DNA from: a virus
Lineage: Duplodnaviria > Caudoviricetes
DNA length: 30,066 nucleotides
Reading direction: 5' to 3' (one strand)
Virus record (IMG/VR): IMGVR_UViG_3300027653_000041
Coordinates: 1 to 30,066 of that record
Position 1 is the first letter of the stretch. Each line of letters begins with the position of its first letter. The notes under the pieces were generated by a model. The model ran no database searches. It saw only the letters and a list, made by a program, of their open reading frames with translations, and was not told the DNA's origin. Made by a program: the position numbers and the translations under genes. This document shows positions 19,863-28,077 of this stretch, one piece after another.

Positions 19863-21464
19863 TTAGAATATCTCAAAAAACAAAGAGTCATCTTCTTTAG
19901 CTTGTAGTTCCTCTTCAATGTAAAGGGCTGCATAACAAAATGTAGTCCACCTATCTTTTCTAGTTATACCAGTACCTTTAGTCGGAACGAATTTATGGAA
20001 ATTTCCCGATGGCATAGCTTGGATATTGGTTACTTCTTTTTTAATGGCTATCAAATCCAAATAAGCCATTTCCATCTCTGGATCGGGGTGTCTATCCATG
20101 AGTTCTGGAAATGTAAAGTTCCCTTTCTCTATATGTTTTTTAGCTAAGTGACCTATTCTATGGTTGAATGCGTTGTCAGCTGTTATTAAAGTTAACACTT
20201 TTATCCCATCGCTTCTAGAACTTTCCTTTTCTAAAATAGGAGGATGTATCATTCCTGTGTTGTAATCTAACCAATCTTCGTCCAATAAATCCCTCACAGC
20301 TGTACCTCCACCTAATTTATCCATCCATAAGTCAACCACATTAAAGTTAATAAGTAACCTTCTTATTTCATCCCTTATTTCTTGATAAGATAGACCATTC
20401 AAAGCCTTCTGCCTAACAATGGCTAGTTTATTGCCTTGTATCTCAGCTAACTTCAAGGATGCATTATCTCCCCCTTCTTCACGCGCTATGTCTGCGAATA
20501 ATACATAATCTCTATCCAACCTACCTTCAAATAAAGGTTCCAATCCATCATCGTAACGTATGTATTTATCCCAAGTTTGAATGTTTATGAAACTGCTGTC
20601 ATTCCCGGATATCCACTTACAGTTCATCTCCATCTCGAAGTCATCATTAGTCATTTCTCTTCTTTGCATTTCGATGAATGATTCATTAGTTAATTTGGCG
20701 TCTCTAGGAAGTGAATAAGGCACTACAGCAGCGTAATAATCATCATCGAATGTCATTCTATGAAGATGGTTCTGAAATGTCTTATATGAGTGGTTAAATT
20801 GAAAATAAGCCGATGTAGCATAAAGAAACTTAGCTTCATAGTCATCTTCAGGATTTTCAGGGTCGTAATCTAGGTTTGCTGCAGCCATCGGGACGATTAC
20901 CCTGTTGATCATTGTCTCGTCATGCTGTGCATGTTCATCCAACATAATAAAAGTCGCTCTCTCTCCACGAATCGATGAACCGTCCCCAATTGGCAAGAAC
21001 TTAATAGCCGAAGAACTGAAAAATGTGATTGACGCGTCCATTGTACCTTTTTTCATTCCGTTTTTAGGTATCTCATGTCTGACCGAAAAAGATTTGTTGT
21101 ATACATCATTTATAATTTTATCGTATAACATAAGTGACTGTCGGTAAGAAGGACCTAACATAAGAATAGATTGATGAGAGTATAGTATTGCAGTCAATAC
21201 TGAAATTAACGCCATGATAAAAGATTTTCCACTACCACGAGATTGGCATAAATAGACGCTTGTTTTAAACCAAGCATTTTCTAGAGTTACTTTTTGATAC
21301 TCAGAAAGACTCATTCCTAAAATATCATAGGCAGCCTCCACGGGATGTTCTCTGTAAAACTCAATCATCTGTCCTATGTAATCGTAGAATTCGTCATCTG
21401 GTAGATTTAATATATGATGCACTTCTTCCTCTGTGATTAAGTCACTGACCGTCATGTTGCTCAA
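19863..21464 (-). CDS. terL: Terminase large subunit
   Basis: Walker A SRGSGKS, Walker B IMLDE, coupling motif ATSA, RNase H-like nuclease 'FADIAR...D' and C-terminal 'KDRWT'. Confidence 0.92.
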   Translation of the reverse strand: MSNMTVSDLITEEEVHHILNLPDDEFYDYIGQMIEFYREHPVEAAYDILGMSLSEYQKVTLENAWFKTSVYLCQSRGSGKSFIMALISVLTAILYSHQSILMLGPSYRQSLMLYDKIINDVYNKSFSVRHEIPKNGMKKGTMDASITFFSSSAIKFLPIGDGSSIRGERATFIMLDEHAQHDETMINRVIVPMAAANLDYDPENPEDDYEAKFLYATSAYFQFNHSYKTFQNHLHRMTFDDDYYAAVVPYSLPRDAKLTNESFIEMQRREMTNDDFEMEMNCKWISGNDSSFINIQTWDKYIRYDDGLEPLFEGRLDRDYVLFADIAREEGGDNASLKLAEIQGNKLAIVRQKALNGLSYQEIRDEIRRLLINFNVVDLWMDKLGGGTAVRDLLDEDWLDYNTGMIHPPILEKESSRSDGIKVLTLITADNAFNHRIGHLAKKHIEKGNFTFPELMDRHPDPEMEMAYLDLIAIKKEVTNIQAMPSGNFHKFVPTKGTGITRKDRWTTFCYAALYIEEELQAKEDDSLFFEIF

Positions 21465-22119
21465 ACCTTCCGTCGATATGTTCAGCTCTTATTTTAGCCA
21501 TTCTCTCCCTCATCTTTTGAGTAACCTCATCTCTTTCCATTTTTCCGCTACGTATCCTATTCTCATAGTTGAAAACGATTTGCGATAAACTGGTTCTGCT
21601 CTTACTCAAATCCTCATTCTTTTGGTCTTTAGGTCTATGTTTTAAATCCCCAGCCATATTCGAGAATTCTCTTCTAAGTGAAGTATATTGATCAACAATT
21701 TTCTTATCGTCGCTTTGCATCATTTTAGCTTCTAATTGATTCAATTTAAGTGACGTCTTTGCCATGTTAGCTATTGTATCTTTTTCAAATGGAGTTGACG
21801 ATTCATAATCTTCTTCGTACTCTTTAATCTTTTCATGAACATACTCAATTTGTTCTTCGCTATATATAGACTTATCTAATCCGTACTCATCGAATTTCGA
21901 ACCCTTAAACGCACTTGGACGAGTTCTGTTCTTTTGCATAAGTGCACGAGTGCTACCTAATGCACCCTTAAGATTTCTGTTGGTTCCTCTATGCACTCTC
22001 TTCTCAGCAACTTCCAAATGCTCTAGTGTATAAAGTTTCGGATCAACTTCACCGATATTTAGAGTTGTTTTAAAAACTTTACCATCTTTAGTTACGTAAG
22101 TCTTAATTTCATCTGACAT
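21442..22119 (-). CDS. Putative terminase small subunit
   Basis: 225 aa helical, basic ORF overlapping the terL start by 23 bp; assignment by synteny. Confidence 0.55.
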   Translation of the reverse strand: MSDEIKTYVTKDGKVFKTTLNIGEVDPKLYTLEHLEVAEKRVHRGTNRNLKGALGSTRALMQKNRTRPSAFKGSKFDEYGLDKSIYSEEQIEYVHEKIKEYEEDYESSTPFEKDTIANMAKTSLKLNQLEAKMMQSDDKKIVDQYTSLRREFSNMAGDLKHRPKDQKNEDLSKSRTSLSQIVFNYENRIRSGKMERDEVTQKMRERMAKIRAEHIDGRFEQHDGQ

Positions 22120-22160
22120 TTACTCCACCTATCCTTATAACTTATAATTATAACTTATCG

Positions 22161-22393
22161 TACTTATTATTGACGAATCAGTAAGTATCTAATATATATG
22201 TTACCGTTAGCCTAACCAGCAAGATATGTTACGATGAACCTATGTATCCTACTGGTAAGGGCTATCGACTAGATGTTTTACCGAATCTTTATCTTTTAGT
22301 ATATGCAAGCGAACAGCTTGCTAACTGTCTGTTAAGACGTTATTCATCATGTTACCGAATCTAATAGTAACGATACTTTTATCCTACCGTATC
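22161..22393 (-). ncRNA. Candidate structured RNA / long structured 5' leader upstream of terminase
   Basis: Seven hairpins, six nearly adjacent; G-U wobbles favour the minus strand; one UUCG loop; repeated AGAUUCGGUAA motif; starts just downstream of a promoter-like motif. Confidence 0.55.
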
Positions 22394-22399
22394 CATTAT

Positions 22400-22439
22400 C
22401 TATATACAGTAGTGTTAGGTTTTTAATGATACAATATCA
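22400..22439 (-). promoter_or_regulatory. Candidate late promoter motif upstream of the structured leader and terS
   Basis: TGATA-N23-TACTGTATATAG, a variant of the shared motif. Confidence 0.5.
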
Positions 22440-22522
22440 GCTTTTTTCTAATTGTCATAAAATTGTCGATATTTAGACACAATTTGTTCACAGTTTTGTC
22501 ACAAATATATTAAAAAAAGAGG

Positions 22523-23284
22523 TCATTCGATAAAATCGACCTCTACCTCTTTATTACCTCTCCTACCTCCCAACCTTAATATAGCCTGTCCTGTAGGTTG
22601 CGGTTCCATTCCTTTCATCGCTGCATAAGATGCGCTGTTCATAGTTGATGGAGTGCATACATAATGAACTCTTTCTTTTCTAACCTTGCCATTTCTTTGA
22701 TCAACTCTGTAAATATCCCTCGACATAACCAACTTCTTATGGAAATGACCCATTGCATAAACCATGCAGCTGTCTGTAACTCTTTCCATTTCTTTCAGCC
22801 TTCTTTCGACAGTTGCCATCGTTTTACCTCCACCACTGCCATGAAAACACATGATTGGGTAAGAATTTTTATTCCATGAGAAGTCACAAACACCTCTATA
22901 TCCAGCATAAAATATATCTAATCTATCACAAATGATTTTCATTACATCCAAACTCGTACTTACCTTTGCCCTTTCCTCGTGGTTACCAGTTACAGCAAGC
23001 ATTATCTTATCCGATATAGGTTCAAGTAACTCAATTGCTAAATCAATCTGTTCATGCGGATTCATTACCTGTTCATAAACACCGGAACCAACGGAACTTT
23101 TTGTACCGTTTTCAATAATATCACCCAATATTACTGCGTAGGTGTTATCATTAGATTGTATGTACTCAACCACCCTATTAACTAAATCCATATCACACGC
23201 ACTACTACCAATATGCCAATCAGAGATAGTTACTACTTCTATGTAATCCGGTTTACCTTCCACCCTAACCTTCCTGTATTCCAT
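22523..23284 (-). CDS. Calcineurin-like metallophosphoesterase
   Basis: Full motif set: SDWHIG, GDIIE, GNHE, FHG, GHFH. Confidence 0.9.
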   Translation of the reverse strand: MEYRKVRVEGKPDYIEVVTISDWHIGSSACDMDLVNRVVEYIQSNDNTYAVILGDIIENGTKSSVGSGVYEQVMNPHEQIDLAIELLEPISDKIMLAVTGNHEERAKVSTSLDVMKIICDRLDIFYAGYRGVCDFSWNKNSYPIMCFHGSGGGKTMATVERRLKEMERVTDSCMVYAMGHFHKKLVMSRDIYRVDQRNGKVRKERVHYVCTPSTMNSASYAAMKGMEPQPTGQAILRLGGRRGNKEVEVDFIE

Positions 23285-23298
23285 TCAAACACCTCTCC

Positions 23299-23838
23299 TC
23301 AATTAACTTCACTTGTGAAGAGGGGAAGTGACTCCCTCCACGATAAATGCGCCTTTATTGTGTTTTCATATATATCATAATCTCTAATTAATTGCTCTAC
23401 CCCTACGTAATACCATTTAGAAAAGCTAATTTTATACTTATCATCATCAGATTCTTTACTTCCAGCAAATAATACCTTGTAGTCGGTAGTTCCCAAAGCA
23501 TCATCTAGTTTTCTAATATTAATATCCATACCTAAATATTCATCTACGAACACTCTGACATTACCCGTAAGATTAATACCCCTATCGACTCCATTCATTA
23601 GGTCATCTGCTGTTGTGAAGATAATGCTTTTGTTATATCCATCTAATAATTTATTAGAAGAATCAATCTCTTTTTTATTACGTTTAATTACGATTGAAGT
23701 ATCGCAGTCGCTTTGACCTAATTGTACCCAGTGTAACCCAAATGTTGTTTTCCCTACTCCTCTAATGGTGATTAATTCATGAACATCTAAATCATCATTC
23801 TTTAAAATATCTTTTTGCCATTCCGTTAACCTCATCAC
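23299..23838 (-). CDS. Small P-loop NTPase-like protein
   Basis: 'LTEWQK' Q-motif-like element, RGVGKTT Walker A, VFVDE Walker B; resembles a terminase/helicase ATPase N-domain but is only 179 aa. Confidence 0.65.
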   Translation of the reverse strand: MMRLTEWQKDILKNDDLDVHELITIRGVGKTTFGLHWVQLGQSDCDTSIVIKRNKKEIDSSNKLLDGYNKSIIFTTADDLMNGVDRGINLTGNVRVFVDEYLGMDINIRKLDDALGTTDYKVLFAGSKESDDDKYKISFSKWYYVGVEQLIRDYDIYENTIKAHLSWRESLPLFTSEVN

Positions 23839-23867
23839 TATTCACCCCCTAACATTTTTTAGGGAAT

Positions 23868-23920
23868 AAAATATCCCCTCAACCTATACTCTAAATACAT
23901 TAGTGCATGGTTAAGGGGGT
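23868..23920 (-). terminator. Hairpin/terminator after rsfA-like gene, overlapping the promoter motif
   Basis: Minus strand CCCCTTAACC-ATGCAC-TAATGTATTTAG-AGTATA-GGTTGAGGGG followed by ATATTTT. Confidence 0.5.
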
Positions 23921-23930
23921 GACAGTATCA
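23891..23930 (-). promoter_or_regulatory. Candidate late promoter motif upstream of the P-loop gene
   Basis: TGATA-N23-TAATGTATTTAG; the 12-mer is identical to the one before portal. Confidence 0.55.
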
Positions 23931-23955
23931 TGTTTTTGAGGTTTTTTAACATTTA

Positions 23956-24603
23956 TTATAACCTCTCTACAGTTCCGTCATTGTTGATAACGTATTTATT
24001 TTCTTCCGGTTCAGGGATGTTGATTTGAATACCCGCTTTTCTTAGTACTTGTAAGGAGTCGATGAGTTGTTTATAATTACTTTCCGTTCTCTCTATAATT
24101 TCCATATACTCCTTAGTGTTATCCTCCATTTTCTTCAATTTATCTTTAAGTTTTTCATTTTCTTTCTTTAATCGTTTATTCTCTCTTTTAATTTTACCGG
24201 AAGATGCTTCTTTGCTCTTTTGTTGATCCCTAAACTTTTTGACTACAACAAATACATCCTCTATATCTAATTCTTCCTCTTCATCTTTATTGAGAATGGT
24301 GTCCATAACTCTTTCGTATCTCTCACCTTGATTAATCCTAGACTTGCCCTTGTTACTCTTACCTTGCTCTTTAGCTAACTCATATGCCGCTTTATATTGG
24401 TCAGATAATCTTGTGTGCCACCTAAACTTAGACGCCTGCTCAGTCCTCTTACCCTCAGTAACTTCCTCAAAATTTCTGCAACCATCTATAATAGTGCCAC
24501 CATTTCTAACAGTCCTTAAAATTGTTTCTGCCAATAAAACATCATCATCTTTTGTCCAAATCTCTCCTTGGAGATTGTTAACTTTAGTCATAGTTAAACT
24601 CAC
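23956..24603 (-). CDS. RsfA/YlbO-family transcriptional regulator
   Basis: Myb/SANT-like family signature WTKDDDVLLAETILRTVRNGGT...RTEQASKFRW plus a C-terminal coiled coil; likely start is ATG at 24591. Confidence 0.85.
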   Translation of the reverse strand: MSLTMTKVNNLQGEIWTKDDDVLLAETILRTVRNGGTIIDGCRNFEEVTEGKRTEQASKFRWHTRLSDQYKAAYELAKEQGKSNKGKSRINQGERYERVMDTILNKDEEEELDIEDVFVVVKKFRDQQKSKEASSGKIKRENKRLKKENEKLKDKLKKMEDNTKEYMEIIERTESNYKQLIDSLQVLRKAGIQINIPEPEENKYVINNDGTVERL

Positions 24604-24682
24604 CTTCCCTTTACGATTTTATTGTTCATCTTTATTATAATACATTATTATAACCTTGTAAAGGGAAAGTTATTCAAATTAG

Positions 24683-25354
24683 TTAAATTATATGTTTTAG
24701 TTTATGTATTGCCCTCCTGTATCTTCTAAAGGCGGTGTCCTTTGAGTATCCGAGAGCCGATCCAATTTCATGGAATGCCAATCCATACCTAATTCGCATC
24801 TCCACAATTTTACTCTCTTCATTATTTAAATGCCTCTCAATCACATCATCGAATGTTATTTCCTTTATAAACTCTTCATCACTATATGAATTACTTTCAC
24901 TTGGTGATGAATAACTTGAATATGGATTCATATTAGATAACTCAGAACTAGCCTCAAACCTAACTTTAGTCCTCATACTATTTATGAGTAAGCTAACTTC
25001 GTGTGGTTCGTTGTATATTCTGTAATTGTATTTGATGTGCTTAAATACAATAATCATAACTTCGTGCATTACTTCATCTTCTGGATGCTTATATCTATGG
25101 AATTTCCTGATGTGAAAAGTATAATAATAGACAAAATTTTTCATGTCCTTAATTTCCATTAACTCATCGAAACAATCATTATCTCCATTCTTTATACCTT
25201 CGATAAGTCCTACTGTATATTCTCTTAATTTATTTTTATATTCATATATATTAATTCCTTCGTATGTTGTTATACCATCTTTTAACAAATCGTTCATATT
25301 CTTATTTTCTGTCATTACTGGATACTCTCTAATTCTCTTTATAATTTGCTTCAA
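24683..25354 (-). CDS. Sigma-70-family (region 4 HTH) sigma factor-like regulator
   Basis: 'IKNGDNDCFDELM' region-2-like start and C-terminal LNNEESKIVEMRIRYGLAFHEIGSALGYSKDTAFRRYRRAIHKLK. Confidence 0.75.
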   Translation of the reverse strand: MKQIIKRIREYPVMTENKNMNDLLKDGITTYEGINIYEYKNKLREYTVGLIEGIKNGDNDCFDELMEIKDMKNFVYYYTFHIRKFHRYKHPEDEVMHEVMIIVFKHIKYNYRIYNEPHEVSLLINSMRTKVRFEASSELSNMNPYSSYSSPSESNSYSDEEFIKEITFDDVIERHLNNEESKIVEMRIRYGLAFHEIGSALGYSKDTAFRRYRRAIHKLKHII

Positions 25355-26034
25355 TCGCCTTCACCAACCAGTAATCGTGCTAGTGCAAATCGATATGAAT
25401 AAGCTCTATCTTCCCCTATAATAAAAATCATGTCATTACTACTTTCTGGGAAGTGGATTCTAAACGACTCTAACTTTAAATCCTTTATAGCTTTCAGTAT
25501 TGGTATCATCATTTTCGTGTCGTAAGTCATAGTAAATCCTTCCATGGCATTCGATGTGTCTACATCTATGTTGCAATTGATTAAAGCCTTTCCGTTCTGA
25601 TTTTTAAAATTCATAACATCTTCAAATATTGTAATCTTACTACTATAATATCTCCCCCCTAATGACTTAACTTTATCCATAGCCTCGTGGATGTGTATGA
25701 GTTCATCTATTAAATCAACTTCGATGTAATGAGATAATTCTTCGCATCCGTCGAAAAGAGAGTTGAAATCTGGGTAATCTTTTATATTATCTTTAATATC
25801 ATATTTACCCTTCGGTAACGGTCTTAGAAATCGAGTCTCCCCATCGCGATAGTCTATTTTATTTTTTAAATATATACTAGATGCCACCCCTCCCGATGTT
25901 GCGCAAAAGTCAACTCCATCAGACATTTTAAAGTATTTATAGACATCAGGATCACTCTTCCTATTAACTAAAAACCTCTTTAATATTCGAATCAATACCT
26001 TTTCGTCTATCCCTAAATTTTTTCTAAACATCAC
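25351..26034 (-). CDS. Hypothetical protein with resemblance to DNA polymerase III beta clamp domains
   Basis: 'DYPDFNSLF' and the C-terminal 'YDTKMMIPILKAIK...FRIHF...MIFI...YRFALA' parallel DnaN motifs. Confidence 0.45.
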   Translation of the reverse strand: MMFRKNLGIDEKVLIRILKRFLVNRKSDPDVYKYFKMSDGVDFCATSGGVASSIYLKNKIDYRDGETRFLRPLPKGKYDIKDNIKDYPDFNSLFDGCEELSHYIEVDLIDELIHIHEAMDKVKSLGGRYYSSKITIFEDVMNFKNQNGKALINCNIDVDTSNAMEGFTMTYDTKMMIPILKAIKDLKLESFRIHFPESSNDMIFIIGEDRAYSYRFALARLLVGEGD

Positions 26035-26405
26035 TCATTCCTCCTGTGTCGAGCTTTTTTATTGGTGCACTCTTTGCACTGTGAAGATAACCCATCTTTG
26101 TTACGTGAACGAACACCAAATTCTGATACATGCTTACTTTTTTTACAAGACCAACAAAACTTGTGGGCAGGAGCATTCTTATAACCCTTGTAGCTCATTG
26201 CTCTCAACCTTTGCTTTTCCCTTACGGTACGGGCTATCGAAGCCGACCTATTATCTCTAAAATTCTTTTCAGTTATGTACATTTCCTTATTACTATTATC
26301 CATAACTAAATTAAGTAAATCTCCCTTACTCTTTAATATAATGATAATCTCTTCAATAGGCCCTTCATACGTAAGTAGTTCATGTTCAAATAGTTTCCAC
26401 ATCAC
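26031..26405 (-). CDS. Zn-finger protein (CxxC...CxxC)
   Basis: KFCWSCKKSK..SEF....KDGLSSQCKEC, a Zn ribbon commonly seen next to phage endonuclease domains; no nuclease domain is visible here. Confidence 0.7.
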   Translation of the reverse strand: MMWKLFEHELLTYEGPIEEIIIILKSKGDLLNLVMDNSNKEMYITEKNFRDNRSASIARTVREKQRLRAMSYKGYKNAPAHKFCWSCKKSKHVSEFGVRSRNKDGLSSQCKECTNKKARHRRNE

Positions 26406-26727
26406 TATCTAACCTTTCCTCTATTTCATTTTGGATGATTAACATACCTTCATTACTCAAGGGGATTATTCCGGAAATCATTTTAATTCCTTCGGTCTTA
26501 CCTGTTATCAAACATCTATTAGTATCTTCATAATTCCGGATTGTAAGCTCATTATCCCCTCCCGTAATGGAAACTAAATGACCTTCGTGCATATTGTATT
26601 CGTCCCTTAGATGTTTAGGGATTGTAACCCTTCCTAATTTGTCTATTTTTCTTTTATCCATTATACTGAACCTCCGTTGATAGTTTGTAATTTCTTTTTC
26701 GGAATATTTGAATGTCACATTACTCAT
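26386..26727 (-). CDS. abrB: AbrB-family transition-state regulator
   Basis: RKIDKLGRVTIPKHLR...RCLITGK...LSNEG aligns with B. subtilis AbrB N- and C-domains; likely start is ATG at 26661 after GGAGG. Confidence 0.85.
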   Translation of the reverse strand: MSNVTFKYSEKEITNYQRRFSIMDKRKIDKLGRVTIPKHLRDEYNMHEGHLVSITGGDNELTIRNYEDTNRCLITGKTEGIKMISGIIPLSNEGMLIIQNEIEERLDSDVETI

Positions 26728-26757
26728 GCATATGCCGCATTACTTTCTACTTACTAT

Positions 26758-27075
26758 CTAAAACTCATCTCCACACAACGTGCATAAATCATAATCTGGT
26801 TGCATCACTGCTTCGCCCGTCATGTAACCCCATACTAAAATTACAAATCCATCCGGATGATTGCATTCTTCTTTAAACTTTTCATATCTCCTTTCCCAAT
26901 CCTTACGTTTATAATTACATTTAGCGCATTCTAAATGTTCATTAGAGTAAACCTTACCATCACATTCAAATACTTCTCGATGCAAGTAATAAACATTTCC
27001 TTTTCTAAAACCACACCCGCAATGTATACACCGTTTCTTCAGACGCCTTGAAGCTACTTTCTTAGCAATACTCAT
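26758..27075 (-). CDS. Cys-rich putative Zn-binding protein
   Basis: Three CxxC pairs (CIHC, CAKC, CTLC); RBS GGAGG. Confidence 0.7.
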   Translation of the reverse strand: MSIAKKVASRRLKKRCIHCGCGFRKGNVYYLHREVFECDGKVYSNEHLECAKCNYKRKDWERRYEKFKEECNHPDGFVILVWGYMTGEAVMQPDYDLCTLCGDEF

Positions 27076-27090
27076 ACCTCCAAACCCCTT

Positions 27091-27300
27091 TTACATTAAT
27101 CTACTATCTGCAAGTAGTATCCTATCTGCAGCGTTATCATATTTAATGAAATTATTAATCGCTTGTTCTTCTGTTAGTTCAGTAAATTTTATTTTTCTCT
27201 TCGTATTGCCTATGCAATGCTTATATACCTCTATAGCGCTACTTTCGCTATTCGACTGAATAAGCATATAATAAGGTTCTGTAAACTCGAAGTATCTCAT
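27091..27300 (-). CDS. Small hypothetical phage protein (MRYFEFTEPYY...)
   Basis: Own RBS (GAGGT) and ATG at 27300 inside the listed 112 aa ORF. Confidence 0.6.
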   Translation of the reverse strand: MRYFEFTEPYYMLIQSNSESSAIEVYKHCIGNTKRKIKFTELTEEQAINNFIKYDNAADRILLADSRLM

Positions 27301-27429
27301 TTGATTACCTCGCTCATCTTGTAACGCTAAAATCTTTTTATCTAGCAAGTCCTGTCCTTCCAGACCTTTTTCTTTCACGATGTGTGAATCTAGTTCTTTT
27401 TGCAACGGAAATAGTTTTTTTAGATTCAT
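27301..27429 (-). pseudogene. Truncated N-terminal remnant of a dimeric (all-alpha) dUTPase
   Basis: MNLKKLFPLQKELDSHI...DLLDKKILALQ matches the start of Bacillus dUTPase_2 proteins but breaks off before the ExxELxNE motif. Confidence 0.65.
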
Positions 27430-27432
27430 TGT

Positions 27433-27618
27433 TTATTCTCCTTCCTCAACATCTAGCAAGTATTCTATTTGCTTTTCTACATTCCTTGTTCTCTGTATCT
27501 TTTAATCTAAATCCCACATATCAAACGCTTCATGAGCATTTATTTGGTCGCATAAATTTTCATGATACTTGATTAAAAAACTTAACTTCTCGCAGATGCC
27601 TAAATTAGTTTCTTGCAT
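27433..27618 (-). pseudogene. Small gene with an in-frame stop
   Basis: RBS AGGAGG; MQETNLG...MWDLD*KIQRTRNVEKQIEYLLDVEEGE*; premature TAA at 27502-27504. Confidence 0.55.
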
Positions 27619-27808
27619 TTTTTAACCTCCTTATATGCCTATGCAGATTCTTTATTTCTCGCTTCAAATACCTAACTTCTTTTTTTCCTCACTAGGCTCA
27701 ATGTTCATATTCATTGACTGCATCAACTTTTTAAGCTTTTTTTATGCTTATTGTCTGTTGGTGATCTAGTGCATGTTGAAGCTGTTTCTTTGCTTCTTTA
27801 AACTTCAT
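27605..27808 (-). pseudogene. Small coiled-coil gene disrupted at two A7 runs
   Basis: MKFKEAKKQLQHALDHQQTISIKK / LKKLMQSMNMNIEPSEEK / EVRYLKREIKNLHRHIRRLKNARN*; frame changes at 27737-27743 and 27680-27686. Confidence 0.5.
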
Positions 27809-27962
27809 TCTGATTCCTCCAATTCTTTTTCTAAAATTCTTAATGATTCATTTACTTCTTCCTCTAATCTGGTTTCAAAAAAAGAAATTTCGTCTATCGC
27901 GTCTCTGATTATTTTGCGAAAGTATTTATTCTGTTGTTCAAGTTCTTCTACTCGTTCAGCTT
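27804..27962. repeat. ~158-bp direct repeat, copy 1 (copy 2 at 29161-29319)
   Basis: Manual alignment shows about 5 mismatches. Confidence 0.9.
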
Positions 27963-28077
27963 GTTTGATAAGCCATTCAATATGGATTGTGTAAAAATTA
28001 TGCTCAGAAACTTCACAGCCAATTAAGTCAATATCATCTTTCCACTTTTTTATTTCATTCAGTCTATCTCTCTTCAT
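27805..28077 (-). CDS. Modular paralogue family member (RLNEI...QAERVEELEQQNK...ESE)
   Basis: ORF track; shared motifs; ATGA coupling. Confidence 0.8.
   Translation of the reverse strand: MKRDRLNEIKKWKDDIDLIGCEVSEHNFYTIHIEWLIKQAERVEELEQQNKYFRKIIRDAIDEISFFETRLEEEVNESLRILEKELEESE

Noticed and set aside
22120-22520. tRNA or self-splicing intron in the intergenic gap
   Set aside because: No cloverleaf with a T-loop consensus, no recognisable group I/II core, and the flanking genes are complete.
27502-27504. In-frame stop as a sign of genetic code reassignment
   Set aside because: Isolated case; TAA, TAG and TGA all terminate intact genes elsewhere in the window.
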